A stretch of 48,724 nucleotides of DNA from Candidatus Woesearchaeota archaeon (GCA_014729195.1 WJKI01000013.1:1-48724), one strand, 5' to 3'. Positions 27,164 through 37,074 are shown, counted from the stretch's first letter. Program-made: numbers and translations. Notes: generated from the letters alone by a model not told the origin.

Positions 27164-29725
27164 TTACAACGAAGCAAGCTTAATACTTGTTTTCAAATCC
27201 TTCAAATCGTAATTAATATTCCTTCTCTCGTCTGTATTCAACTGCAATTTCTTTAGCCAGACTTCAATTTCTGCAACTCGTCTTATCGCATCATCAATCT
27301 TGCCAGCATTTAATAATTCCCTTGCTTCTTGCAGTTTATCATGGATTTCTGGACGGCTTACTGCGGCACTATACGGTCCTTCTTCAATCTCTGTCATTTC
27401 TCTCTTCAGATAAGTCTTGAATGCAGCATCTTTCATGCTTCTTAATCTCTCAAGCTCTCTGCGCTCCTTTTCCAGCACATTATACTCCTTATGAATTGCC
27501 TGCTCTTTTTGGTCTAATTCTTTTTCATATTTCTTTACCTTGGATTTCTTACTTAATTTTCTTGCTTTATTCAATGCCTCTGTAGTCAATTTCTGAACTT
27601 CATCTTTTAAATTAAAATATTTCTTTTCCAAAGCAGGAAGACTCTGTTTCAATTCCTTAACACGCGCTATCTTAAACTTCTGCTTGGCAATTTTCTTTTT
27701 CTCTGCTTCAACATGCTTTAAAACCTTTGCAGCAACACGCTCCCTTGATTTAAGCTGTCTTTCTGCAGTCTTAAATTTCTTGAGTTTTTTATCAAACATC
27801 TTTCTTTCTCTAAGAAGCTTTCTTGCCTTTTCAGCAGCGGCTTTTTCTTCTTTTTCCAGATGCTCAGCATCTTTTTCCAGATTCTTAACTGCATCAGAAA
27901 CTTCTTTTTCCTTGCTTTTTAACAGATCAAGATCCTTTTCAATAACTGATTTAACCTTGCGTTTTTCATTATTAAGCTCCTGCAGCTGCTGTTTTAACAA
28001 ATTTTCCTTGGCAGTCCACTCCTCTTTAACCAGCGCCAGTTCATTCTTAAGTACTTTAAGTTCATCCTCCATTTTTTTCTTTTCAGCAGCAAGATCTTCA
28101 CTTATTTTTTCCATTTTTTCTTTGTTTTCAACCCATTTGCGCTCTCGCGTCAATAAGTCAGTTTCCCGCGCAGCCAATTCTGTTTCCATCTTTTTCCTGG
28201 CCTTTGTAATTTCTTTTTCTGCTTTGTCTCTCTTGGAAGTTATTTCTTTTTCAGCAGTTTTCTTTTTATTCTCAAATTCCTTTTCAGCTTTTTGAACCGC
28301 TTTTAATTTATCATCAACTTCTTTTTTAAGATTGGTAAGCGCTTTTTCCTGTTTTTTCAATTCTTTTAGCTTATCATCTTTTTCCTTGATTACTGAAGAA
28401 AGCTTAACAAGCTCTTTTCTTTTAGCATCTAATGATTCCTGCGCCTGTTTTTCAACAGCAAGCAATTGCTTCAACTTTTTTTCTTTGTCAACAACCTTTT
28501 TTTCACGAGCCAAGATTGCTTTTTCCTTGGATGCAAGAACTTTTTCCTGAGTCTGAATCTTGTTAAACTCTTTGTTCACTTTTTTCTCTTCAGCTTTTAA
28601 AGCATTAATCTTTTTTTCTGTATCTTTTTGTAAATTCTTCAGGGCTTTTTCCTGTTGTTTCATTTCTTTTAATTGCTCTTCTTTCCGCGCAACTAATTTT
28701 GAAAGAGCATCTGCAGTCCTTTTTTTCTCTTCTAATGCGGCCTCTGTGTCTATCTTGATTTGCTTTAAGCTTTCCAATTCTTTTGCTTTATCTTTGACTT
28801 TATCTTCCCGTTCCAGCAGGGCTTTTTCCTGTGCCTGCAATAATTTTTCTTTGATCTTAAGCTTAGATACTTTCTTTGACAATTTTTTTTGCTCTTGTTC
28901 TATCTGTTTAAGCATTTCCTTGTCTTTCTTGATTTTATCAGAAATGGCTTTTTCTTCTTTTTTTAGATTTTCAGCAATTTTAATCTTGGCAGCCATCTCT
29001 TTTTCTTTTTCCTGTATATTTTTTCTAAATTCCTCTAATTCTTTTTCAAGAGCCCTTTTTCTTTCCCTGAAATTGGATTCCAGTTCTGTGCGTTCCTTAG
29101 ATAACTTATTGGTTAATTCTTTTTTCTTTTTTTGAATCTGTTTTTCTGTTTTTGATATTTCAGAACGTATTTTTTGACGGGATTTTGCCAAATCGCTATC
29201 AAGTTCTGATTTTTTAGAAGAATACTTTTGTTTTAATTTTGCCAGTTTTTTCTCTAAAGCAGCAACTTCTTTTTCAACAGCATTTTTCTTTTTGCCAATA
29301 TTTGATTCTCTTGTAGCGACTGATTTTAGTTTTTGGGTTGCTTCTTTTTCTCTTTTCTGCAATGCCTGTTCTTTTCGGGCCAACGCTTTTTTCTGGCGAT
29401 CAATTGCCTGTTTTTCCTTAAGAATATCCTTTTCAATAGCCTCAATTTCTGCTTTTTTGGTTCCCAGGTTGGATTCAAATTTCTTGTAATTCTCAAGTTG
29501 TTCTGCTGTCTCTTTTTGCAGAGTCTTGAAGAGATCCTTGGATTCGCCGATTTTGCTTTTAAGTTCTGCTTCTTCGTTCTTGAGTAATTCTATTTTTTTT
29601 ACTTTCTGCTCTCTGGATTTTAGATCAGCGGCCCGATTTTCTAGATCTTTCCTGAGTTCCTTGATTTTCTGCAGTTCTGCATCTGGATTAGATGCAAAAA
29701 TCCCTAAAAATATTGAACATAACAT
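27164..29725 (-). CDS. 853-aa Lys/Glu-rich coiled-coil protein with ~100-aa internal repeats
   Basis: Continuous ORF with a short hydrophobic N-terminus. LKEMKQQEKALKNLQKD recurs about 101 aa later as LKELKKQEKALTNLKKE. There is a distinct non-repetitive C-terminal ~100 aa. Confidence 0.7.
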   Translation of the reverse strand: MLCSIFLGIFASNPDAELQKIKELRKDLENRAADLKSREQKVKKIELLKNEEAELKSKIGESKDLFKTLQKETAEQLENYKKFESNLGTKKAEIEAIEKDILKEKQAIDRQKKALARKEQALQKREKEATQKLKSVATRESNIGKKKNAVEKEVAALEKKLAKLKQKYSSKKSELDSDLAKSRQKIRSEISKTEKQIQKKKKELTNKLSKERTELESNFRERKRALEKELEEFRKNIQEKEKEMAAKIKIAENLKKEEKAISDKIKKDKEMLKQIEQEQKKLSKKVSKLKIKEKLLQAQEKALLEREDKVKDKAKELESLKQIKIDTEAALEEKKRTADALSKLVARKEEQLKEMKQQEKALKNLQKDTEKKINALKAEEKKVNKEFNKIQTQEKVLASKEKAILAREKKVVDKEKKLKQLLAVEKQAQESLDAKRKELVKLSSVIKEKDDKLKELKKQEKALTNLKKEVDDKLKAVQKAEKEFENKKKTAEKEITSKRDKAEKEITKARKKMETELAARETDLLTRERKWVENKEKMEKISEDLAAEKKKMEDELKVLKNELALVKEEWTAKENLLKQQLQELNNEKRKVKSVIEKDLDLLKSKEKEVSDAVKNLEKDAEHLEKEEKAAAEKARKLLRERKMFDKKLKKFKTAERQLKSRERVAAKVLKHVEAEKKKIAKQKFKIARVKELKQSLPALEKKYFNLKDEVQKLTTEALNKARKLSKKSKVKKYEKELDQKEQAIHKEYNVLEKERRELERLRSMKDAAFKTYLKREMTEIEEGPYSAAVSRPEIHDKLQEARELLNAGKIDDAIRRVAEIEVWLKKLQLNTDERRNINYDLKDLKTSIKLASL

Positions 29726-29874
29726 GATACCATCCCCTTTTACAGTATATCAAGACCGGCGGCATTTATATACTTTCGTTATCTCTTTAGAGTGAAAACA
29801 GAAAGATCAAGGAATTAAGAAACCATAATCTTTTTAAGTGCATACTCAACAATAGCTATAAGGAGGGATAACCT

Positions 29875-30045
29875 ATGAACAAGCTAAGATGTTCATCCTG
29901 TAAAGAAGAAATAACAAATCAGAGAGGCACTGTCAAATTCAAGTGCCCAAAATGCGGAAAAACAGAAATAATCAGATGTCCACATTGCAAGAAAATCGCA
30001 GCAAAATACAAATGTTCTGCCTGCGGATTTGAAGGACCAAACTAA
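29875..30045 (+). CDS. 56-aa four-CxxC zinc-ribbon protein (the type usually found next to aEF-1beta)
   Basis: Below the track cutoff. SD AAGGAGGGA lies upstream. The protein reads MNKLRCSSCKEEITNQRGTVKFKCPKCGKTEIIRCPHCKKIAAKYKCSACGFEGPN. Confidence 0.6.
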   Translation: MNKLRCSSCKEEITNQRGTVKFKCPKCGKTEIIRCPHCKKIAAKYKCSACGFEGPN

Positions 30046-30058
30046 AAAAGGTAATATA

Positions 30059-30334
30059 ATGGCAAAAGTAATTGTGACACTGGAAATAATGCCTGAAAAC
30101 AATGAAGTAAACTTAGACGAGATAGAAACAAAAGCCAAAAAAGCAGTAAAAGAAAAAGAAGGAATAATAAATTCAGTAAATAGAGAGGACGTGGCATTTG
30201 GCCTTAAAAAGATAATAATCAAGTTTGCAGTAGATGAAAACAAGGGAAGTCCTGATCCAATCGCAGAAGGACTTGAAAAAGAACCAGATGTTGCATCTGC
30301 ACAAATAACAATGGTATCTCGGGCACTGGGATAG
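30059..30334 (+). CDS. ef1b: translation elongation factor aEF-1 beta
   Basis: Reads MAKVIVTLEIMPENNEVNLDEIE...VAFGLKKIIIKF.... Length is ~91 aa. ATG 30059 is preferred over the track start. Confidence 0.85.
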   Translation: MAKVIVTLEIMPENNEVNLDEIETKAKKAVKEKEGIINSVNREDVAFGLKKIIIKFAVDENKGSPDPIAEGLEKEPDVASAQITMVSRALG

Positions 30335-30338
30335 AAAA

Positions 30339-31301
30339 ATGAATAAAAAAACAAGAGTGGTGATAGGAGTCTTATTCTTGATACTATTAATTATCACTGC
30401 ATGTTCCAAGGAAAATGTTATACAGATAACAGAAGAAACACCAGAAATACCTGAAACAACAGAAAATCAGCCGACAACAGGAATACAAGAAGGAGACTTG
30501 ATAGAGATGAACTTTGTTTTATACGGAGAAGATGGAAGAGTAATAGACACAAATAACAAAGAAAAAGCACAAGAAGCAGAATTAAAAACATACAGCACAG
30601 GAACATATAAATTCATAGTAGGCCAAAGCGGAAAAGTAGAAGGATTTGATAAGGCGATTATTGGTCTTGAAAAAGGCGACAAGACAACACTTGAAATTCC
30701 TCCAAGCACAGACAAAGTCAAAATAGAATTTAAATTAGAAAATGTGCAATCCAGAATAAAAACAATACCAAAAAAACAAACTTTTAGTATCAAGAATTTT
30801 GAAAAAATTTTTGGTAAAAAACCAATAAAAGGAGATGTAATAGCCAACAGGGATATGTTCCCCTGGCCTTACAAACTGATTGCAGTTACAAATAATAGCG
30901 CAGCAGGAGAAATAATAATCAAGCAAGGAGACAAAGTAGAACTTCCGGGAACACAATGGCAATCACAGGCAACAGCAATATCTGATAGAGTAATACAATT
31001 TCTCCAGATGCCTAAAGAAAACCAAACAATAGAAACTGAATTTGGAACCGCGACAGTCGATGTTGGCAGAAGCCAAATGAAAATAATCCATGAACCAGAG
31101 TTAGGCAAGGAATTTTTTTATACAATGCCTTCAGAGCAATTAATATCTCCAAGATATGAATTTACAGTATCTGATATCGGCGAAAAAACATTCACAATAA
31201 AAAGGATAAACTATCCAGAACAAGAAAAACTAAAATTAGAAGTTGAAATAATCGAGGTCATGCCAAACACAGAAATCAAAAAAGTGAAATCTTCTGAATA
31301 G
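30339..31301 (+). CDS. FKBP-type peptidyl-prolyl isomerase lipoprotein
   Basis: ITAC lipobox, GDLIEMNFVLYGEDGRVIDTN, and FIVGQSGKVEGFDKAIIGLEKGDKTTLEIPP. Confidence 0.7.
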   Translation: MNKKTRVVIGVLFLILLIITACSKENVIQITEETPEIPETTENQPTTGIQEGDLIEMNFVLYGEDGRVIDTNNKEKAQEAELKTYSTGTYKFIVGQSGKVEGFDKAIIGLEKGDKTTLEIPPSTDKVKIEFKLENVQSRIKTIPKKQTFSIKNFEKIFGKKPIKGDVIANRDMFPWPYKLIAVTNNSAAGEIIIKQGDKVELPGTQWQSQATAISDRVIQFLQMPKENQTIETEFGTATVDVGRSQMKIIHEPELGKEFFYTMPSEQLISPRYEFTVSDIGEKTFTIKRINYPEQEKLKLEVEIIEVMPNTEIKKVKSSE

Positions 31302-32379
31302 GAATATTAGTTCTTATAGCAGTAATATCAAAATGAGTAACTGCTGCTTTAAAACCCTTTTTTTTAATCTTTTTAAGCAGCAAATCGTACTTAGGAACCG
31401 GTTTTTTCCTAATTTTAGCCAACCGATGCAGATCAACAAAACCAAGAGTATTAATTTTTACCTCTTTGTTAATTATTGACAGCAAGTTAAACAACTCTGT
31501 ATTTGCTATTTTTGCATTCTTAAACATTTTACCAACCAGTTTAGCATCCCATAACTTTCCAGTCCATAAAGGACCCGCCCAAATCATTTTCTTTTTACAA
31601 CAAGTATCAAGATTATGATGAGATTTTTTAATACTGAGACATCTGCTACAATACAACAAAAACAAATGCTCTTTTTGCAATTTATCAACTTTTGTTTTTT
31701 GTTTTTTACAAGAAAAATAAACCCGATAATAATGCCCAGATGCGTGAGAAAAAACCGGAATCAATGCTTTTTCAAACTGTGCACCAATCAACTGAACTTT
31801 TCTAATCAAAATTCGAATACCTATTTCATGCATTAACTCATTTTTCAATGGCTTTGCCCAATACTTCCTTTTACAAGCATTTTCATGAGATCCAGCCAAT
31901 GCAGAAGTATCAGTGGCAGTAACAGCCAAAATACCATCCCTTGCCAGCCGTACAACTGCAGAATTAATAAACGGATTAGGAGAACCGAAAGGATCAACAT
32001 CAATATAATCAAAACCATTGCTTTCCAGCAAGAATTGATTGGCGTCCTTGTTATGAACCGTTATTTTTCCCACATTATTTAGCCGAACATTCTTCTTTAT
32101 AAGAGATGCAGCAGTTTTACTAATATCATTAGCATCAATAGACCTGATCTTGCTTTTTTTTAACTCCTGAGCAAATCTTATAGTCCTTATACCAGATCCT
32201 GCGAGAATATCAGCAATCTGCATATTTGATTTGTCAATGGAATTCAGTAAAAGAATGGAAATATCCCTGTTAAGCTTCATGACCGGATTATAAAATACTT
32301 TCAACTCTTTAGAAATACTGCCTGTGCCTGCATAAAACACAGCATCTGCTTCATTCAGTTTTTTTACCTTTTTTTGCAT
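31276..32379 (-). CDS. trm1: tRNA (guanine26-N2)-dimethyltransferase Trm1
   Basis: Contains VFYNPVMKLNRD, DILAGSGIRTIRFA and DVDPFGSP, plus a Cys cluster CSRC...C. The start is set at ATG 32379. Confidence 0.85.
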   Translation of the reverse strand: MQKKVKKLNEADAVFYAGTGSISKELKVFYNPVMKLNRDISILLLNSIDKSNMQIADILAGSGIRTIRFAQELKKSKIRSIDANDISKTAASLIKKNVRLNNVGKITVHNKDANQFLLESNGFDYIDVDPFGSPNPFINSAVVRLARDGILAVTATDTSALAGSHENACKRKYWAKPLKNELMHEIGIRILIRKVQLIGAQFEKALIPVFSHASGHYYRVYFSCKKQKTKVDKLQKEHLFLLYCSRCLSIKKSHHNLDTCCKKKMIWAGPLWTGKLWDAKLVGKMFKNAKIANTELFNLLSIINKEVKINTLGFVDLHRLAKIRKKPVPKYDLLLKKIKKKGFKAAVTHFDITAIRTNIPIQKISLF

Positions 32380-32716
32380 GTTCTTCAGAACAGAACCAAA
32401 CCTTTTCTCCGTCAATCTCTTTTTCAACAACTTTTTCAGGATCCTGGCTCAGCGGCTTGCCGCAATAAGCACAAGTTCCTAATTCTCCCTTGTCTTCTGC
32501 ACCTTCTGCAAAAGCCTCTTCCTGAGGGGAGATTTCATCATTTTTAATCAATTCTTCCCTGCCTTCCTCACTAGTGATATCTGCATCTCTTTCCCCTTTG
32601 CGCATTTCTTTATTTTTTTCCCCAGAAGTCGGTTCTTTCTGCAAAAACTTTGCTTTTTCCTCTTCAATACCTTCTTTTTCAAGGTCTGTGTCCAAAACTG
32701 TTTTTTTATCAGCCAT
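32351..32716 (-). CDS. acidic protein with a C-terminal L24e/TRASH-like zinc motif
   Basis: CAYCGKPL...DGEKVWFCSEEH follows an acidic, disordered N-terminal region. Confidence 0.45.
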   Translation of the reverse strand: MADKKTVLDTDLEKEGIEEEKAKFLQKEPTSGEKNKEMRKGERDADITSEEGREELIKNDEISPQEEAFAEGAEDKGELGTCAYCGKPLSQDPEKVVEKEIDGEKVWFCSEEHAKKGKKTE

Positions 32717-32727
32717 AGAAACAAAAT

Positions 32728-34593
32728 TTACTGGTGATTATTTAAACTTTGTTGTTCTGAAAAAAATCCCTTGATTTCCTCAAGATAATCAATACTGATC
32801 TTTAGATTCCAATCAGAAGGGAAACACCTGAAATAATTGGGCCAAGTATATCGTTCATCCAAAAAGACCAAAGCACCTTTGTCTTTCTCAGTCCGGATAC
32901 ATCGTCCAGCATTCTGCATAGTCTTGGTTAAAGCAGGCATTATATAACCATAATCCCATCCCTTACTGAACTTATTATCATAGTACTTAATTAATTCCTT
33001 TGTTTCCAAATCTGGCCGGTCCAGCGGAAGTCCGACAACGATAACAGATTTAAGAACACCAGGTAAATCAATACCCTCACCAAAACTTCCTGCAGCAACA
33101 CCCAATAAAACAGCATTCTTATACTTGCAGAATTTATCCAACAATTCCTGTTTTTCCTCTTTGGTCAATCTGGGCTGTTCATTAAAAACAGTCTTTTTAC
33201 ATCGGGTTTCCAAAAATTTGGCAATTTCATTTCTCAAATAATAAGATGGAAAGAAAATCGCAGCATTGCCAGGAACCCTATCAACAATATCTGCACAAAT
33301 ATTAGCAATTCTCAAATATTGTTCAGGATTTCTCTTTGTAAACTTAGTTGTAGTTTTAGGAATAACCAAAGCAAGAGTATTCTTTTTAGGAAAAGGACTT
33401 GGAAATTCCTGGGTAATTGTCTTATCTGGAAAACCCAACAAATCTTTATACATTTCAACAGGAGACAAAGTACCAGACATCATTATGGTGGTGTCAGAAG
33501 CATCAATAATATCCTTTGTTGCAATAGAAGGATCCAAACACCGATGCGTTAAAACAACATAAGAATCCTTTTTTGAAAGAATCCTTGTAAAACCAATGTC
33601 ACCATACGGCCAGGCCTCTAAAAAAGCAGCAATTCCTCCAATAGAACTTTTTTTCTGATTCTCCCGGACAATTTCTGCGGCAGATTTTAATTCAGCAATG
33701 AATTCCTCATACTTTTTAATACTCTCCACTTTTTCCAGAAACAACTCCTTACTGATTAATTTTTCATCGTTAACAGCAAGCTCCTGCGCCAACCGATATA
33801 ATGCACTTTCCATTTCCACCAAAGACACTGCCAAATCATCAAAATCATACTTTTTCGCCTCTTTTAATGCCCGTTTAATCATCCTATCAGACAATTTTTT
33901 AGTTAACAAAGACCTGATTCTCTGAGGAAGATTATGCGCTTCATCAACAATAATAATAGAATCCTGAATAGACTTATTTGTTTTTGCAAAAAAAGTTTCA
34001 CTAATACCGGGGCTAAATAAGTAGTAATAATCACAAATAATAACTTTTGATTTTGAAGCTAAAAGCATTGAAAACTCATACGGACAAATATTATTTTTTT
34101 TACACAATTCAATAATTTTCTCAGTGGGCAGTGGAGAAGATTTCTTAATTTCTTCCAGAAGATGATTTTTTTTAACATTATCCTTTGCTTTGATATTGGT
34201 GTAAAAATCACACTTGCCTTCATCTTTCAAAGTCCTGCAAAACTCTGAAAAATCATTTGTCATCATTATTTCCGCTCCTGGCTGCAAGCACATCCATTTT
34301 TTTCCAATAATAGAAGAAGCAATGAAATCAAGATTAAATTTCTTTTTTATATCTCTTAAGGTATCCAATATAATCTTATGCTGGGTATGCCTTGAAGTCA
34401 AGAAAAAAATAGTAATATCTTTATTAACTGCTGCTTTTAATGCAGGAGCAATCGAAGCAGCGGTTTTGCCCAAACCTGTTGGAGCATGGATAATTGCATG
34501 ATTCTTATTTTGGATTGCATTGCTTACCAAAGCAATTAACTCATCCTGCACTGGCCTTATTTTTTCATGAGGAAAGAAAAACTCTTTGTTCAT
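32728..34593 (-). CDS. xpd: XPD/Rad3-family Fe-S DNA helicase
   Basis: Contains HAPTGLGKT and VDEAHNL. The four Cys of the Fe-S domain are present (C...C...C...C between motifs I and II). C-terminal QNAGRCIR. Confidence 0.85.
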   Translation of the reverse strand: MNKEFFFPHEKIRPVQDELIALVSNAIQNKNHAIIHAPTGLGKTAASIAPALKAAVNKDITIFFLTSRHTQHKIILDTLRDIKKKFNLDFIASSIIGKKWMCLQPGAEIMMTNDFSEFCRTLKDEGKCDFYTNIKAKDNVKKNHLLEEIKKSSPLPTEKIIELCKKNNICPYEFSMLLASKSKVIICDYYYLFSPGISETFFAKTNKSIQDSIIIVDEAHNLPQRIRSLLTKKLSDRMIKRALKEAKKYDFDDLAVSLVEMESALYRLAQELAVNDEKLISKELFLEKVESIKKYEEFIAELKSAAEIVRENQKKSSIGGIAAFLEAWPYGDIGFTRILSKKDSYVVLTHRCLDPSIATKDIIDASDTTIMMSGTLSPVEMYKDLLGFPDKTITQEFPSPFPKKNTLALVIPKTTTKFTKRNPEQYLRIANICADIVDRVPGNAAIFFPSYYLRNEIAKFLETRCKKTVFNEQPRLTKEEKQELLDKFCKYKNAVLLGVAAGSFGEGIDLPGVLKSVIVVGLPLDRPDLETKELIKYYDNKFSKGWDYGYIMPALTKTMQNAGRCIRTEKDKGALVFLDERYTWPNYFRCFPSDWNLKISIDYLEEIKGFFSEQQSLNNHQ

Positions 34594-34852
34594 TAATTTT
34601 GCAAAGTAAGATTAGTTTAAATGTTTTTCGTCTGTAAACTGATTTTTTTTCCGGATAATTAAGATGTTAAAAATTTTGCTTTTTTAGGCTCTAAAAAACC
34701 CTGTTTTTTAGAAAGGTTTAAATAGAAAGTATGATTTGTAAAATACATAACAAAAAGGGGCTAAATCTTTTAAACCGATTTAAACCATAAATCGAAAGGT
34801 TTAAATATATGGTATAAAATACATATTTTGATATATCCGTTGGGGTGGTTGT

Positions 34853-35122
34853 GTGAAAAATAAAGAAATATTCAAGGTTTTTTTCAGGGAAAAACCATCA
34901 ATGATGTTGGTGGAATTACGCAATGCAAAATCAGAAGTATATGCTTCTTCGTTAGCAAAACAAATAGACTGTACATATTCACATGTTGTTAAGATCCTGC
35001 AGGAAATGGAAAAAGAAGGACTGATTAATTTTGACAAACAAGGAAGACTTAAATTGTTAACCTTAACCAAAAAAGGACAGGAAATAGCTTCTAGAATAGA
35101 CGATGTCAGAGGAATGCTTTAA
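34853..35122 (+). CDS. small winged-helix transcription regulator
   Basis: GTG start 4 nt after GGGGTGG. Contains SSLAKQIDCTYSHVVKILQEMEKEGLI...LTKKG. Confidence 0.6.
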   Translation: MKNKEIFKVFFREKPSMMLVELRNAKSEVYASSLAKQIDCTYSHVVKILQEMEKEGLINFDKQGRLKLLTLTKKGQEIASRIDDVRGML

Positions 35123-35266
35123 GCAAGGTTTACAAATTCTTTAAATTTTTATATTACTATGAAAATTTTTGTATCATACACTTTCCTGCATGCAATGACA
35201 GATCAAACAATAGAATTTAAAAATCCTGAAGAATTATACGAAAAATTAAAAAAAATAGAATAAATC

Positions 35267-35722
35267 CTATTCAGTATACATCTTCAACTTATTAGGATCA
35301 TACTTCCATGAAACCGGAATTCTTCCAGATTCCTTATAATATTTGATTAATCGCTTGATTTTAGACTCAGTCAATTGATGACCCCTCTTAGCAGTCATAT
35401 CCTGCGTGTTATTCGCCAAATGGGACTTAACTGCAACCAATTTTCTCATTAAAGCAATTAAATCCTCTGGCAAATCCTTTGTCAGTTTTTTCTCAGCCAT
35501 AATCTTGGTAATGGTCTTGCCAGTAAGCATCTTAATGTCAGGAACACCATAAACATCTCTTAAAATAACCCCAATCTCAGAAGCAGTTTTATCATCTTTT
35601 GCTAATTTAGCAATTAACATTTCAATCTCTTTATCACCATACCTAATCCAATTAGATTTCTGCCTAAGCAACGGCTTATGAGAGCCGGATTTTCCCTTCT
35701 TTCTTGAATGCATTCTAGCCAT
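35267..35722 (-). CDS. rps15: 30S ribosomal protein uS15 (S13e type)
   Basis: Starts MARMHSRKKGKSGSHKP. The C-terminal S15 fold has RLIKYYK. Confidence 0.9.
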   Translation of the reverse strand: MARMHSRKKGKSGSHKPLLRQKSNWIRYGDKEIEMLIAKLAKDDKTASEIGVILRDVYGVPDIKMLTGKTITKIMAEKKLTKDLPEDLIALMRKLVAVKSHLANNTQDMTAKRGHQLTESKIKRLIKYYKESGRIPVSWKYDPNKLKMYTE

Positions 35723-35838
35723 GTTTGTTCACCTGTATTGTATATGGAGAAAATCTTAATTTCTCCAGCATAAACAAGCCATATTAGACCGGTTTATCTC
35801 TTGAATAGGAAATAGTAGTATATGGTGGTTTATAAAGT

Positions 35839-36549
35839 TTACTCTTCGTGACAGATACCGCCAGCAGACTCTGTTGCTTCTATGTATAACTTTGCATTAG
35901 GATTTAAAGTATACGGCGCTCCAACAGGATGGCCATTTACTTCCTTATCATTGATTTTCAAAGAAACAAAATCCTCAGAAACACTTTTAACTTCAATATC
36001 AGTTCCCTTGCCGTTAACAGTAAAATACGCATTCTGGCCCTCTAAAATACTCCGGCACTTTTCCCTGCCATCATCAACACACACTGAAGTCCAAAAATAA
36101 GTAGGACTACAAGCACGATTATTACCGCAATCAGAATGAACACAGCAATTGTTTAAAGGAATACATTTATTCTGGGAAATACACCAATTAGAATCTTTAT
36201 CACAAACACAAGATTCTTTTTTAGAATCATATATTTGATTAAATGGACAAACATGCTTGACGCATTTATTATTTTCACAAAACTCTCCCAAACCGCAATC
36301 GCCGGAATCACAGCATAATCCCTGGTCAATACAGTCACCCTTGCACATCTTTAAATCATCATTACAAACGCATTCACCATTAACACAATATTGATTCTCT
36401 TTGCATTGTATTTCATCACATAGTTTTTCCTTAACATTAATTTCAACATCAACAACTTTCGCATCAATCGGCCTTGCTTCAATAGTTCCATTAGAACAAG
36501 CACTAACCAAAAGCAAGCCAATGATTAAAAAAGGCATAATAAACTTCAT
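35839..36549 (-). CDS. Cys-rich secreted lipoprotein
   Basis: VSAC lipobox. Repeated C-x-x-N-Q/K-x-C-V/I-x-x-x-C modules. Confidence 0.6.
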   Translation of the reverse strand: MKFIMPFLIIGLLLVSACSNGTIEARPIDAKVVDVEINVKEKLCDEIQCKENQYCVNGECVCNDDLKMCKGDCIDQGLCCDSGDCGLGEFCENNKCVKHVCPFNQIYDSKKESCVCDKDSNWCISQNKCIPLNNCCVHSDCGNNRACSPTYFWTSVCVDDGREKCRSILEGQNAYFTVNGKGTDIEVKSVSEDFVSLKINDKEVNGHPVGAPYTLNPNAKLYIEATESAGGICHEE

Positions 36550-36613
36550 TCCCCCAACCTATATATGATAAAGCAAGGTAATTTATAAAAGTTGCGTATA
36601 TAAAAGAGAAATA

Positions 36614-36716
36614 TAGCTCCCCGCGGACATTCGCAAAAGCTATATTACAACTTTAAATTCGAACCGCGGTCTACGGGGCCAGAACCCGCAATGCTTGGCC
36701 ACTACACCAGGGAGCT
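36614..36716 (-). tRNA. tRNA-Gln (CUG) with a 30-nt insertion in the T-loop/T-stem junction
   Basis: Hand fold: AGCTCCC-TG-GTGT-AGTGGCCAA-GCAT-T-GCGGG-TTCTGGC-CCCGT-AGAC-CGCGG-TTCGAAT-[30 nt, ~36627-36656]-CCGCG-GGGAGCT-A. Confidence 0.8.
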
Positions 36717-36813
36717 ATTTGTAATATGATGAATATACTTGATTTTAAAAAGCTTTATACAAAAAGCTTAAATATAAGAATGCCTCAATATAGCATATCA
36801 AAGAGGTGAAAAA

Positions 36814-37074
36814 ATGGACAGGCAAGAAATAATCATTCTTTTTATCGTAGCAATATTAGCAGTAATAGGACTTGTATTAATGTATAAAAATATTGATGCA
36901 ACAGGAGAAGCAACATATCCTCAATTACAGAGAACAAATGTTATTGGCTGCAATACAAATGCAGACTGCTACTGGGCGCTAAACAGCCTGGATTATGAAT
37001 GCCGGGTAGGACTGTGCAGACCAAAAAACGCAATAGGACCTCCGCAGTATGCGCCTAAGTTAAAGATTAGGTAA
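36814..37074 (+). CDS. small membrane-anchored Cys-containing protein
   Basis: SD AGAGGTGA lies upstream. N-terminal TM helix, then CNTNADCYW...CRVGLC. Confidence 0.45.
   Translation: MDRQEIIILFIVAILAVIGLVLMYKNIDATGEATYPQLQRTNVIGCNTNADCYWALNSLDYECRVGLCRPKNAIGPPQYAPKLKIR

Noticed and set aside
27684-29587. A series of 65-203-aa ORFs on the + strand (27684..28295, 28332..28550, 28560..29135, 29292..29489, 29333..29587) rich in Ser/Phe/Leu
   Set aside because: These are antisense shadows of the Lys/Glu-rich coiled-coil gene. AAG/GAA codons read as CTT/TTC on the other strand. They are low-complexity, have no RBS, and are fully contained in a much longer, coherent ORF.
29893-30354. 153-aa minus-strand ORF overlapping the Zn-ribbon and aEF-1beta genes
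   Set aside because: It is an antisense shadow of two well-supported + strand genes. It is hydrophobic and low-complexity and has no RBS.
35159-35263. 34-aa ORF (MKIFVSYTFLHAMTDQTIEFKNPEELYEKLKKIE) between the wHTH gene and rps15
   Set aside because: There is no convincing RBS and it is very short. I cannot support it without conservation data.
35745-35765. 7-bp hairpin GGAGAAA/TTTCTCC in the rps15 5' region as an S15 autoregulatory site
   Set aside because: It is a single short hairpin with no resemblance I can verify to known S15 operators. It could equally be incidental.
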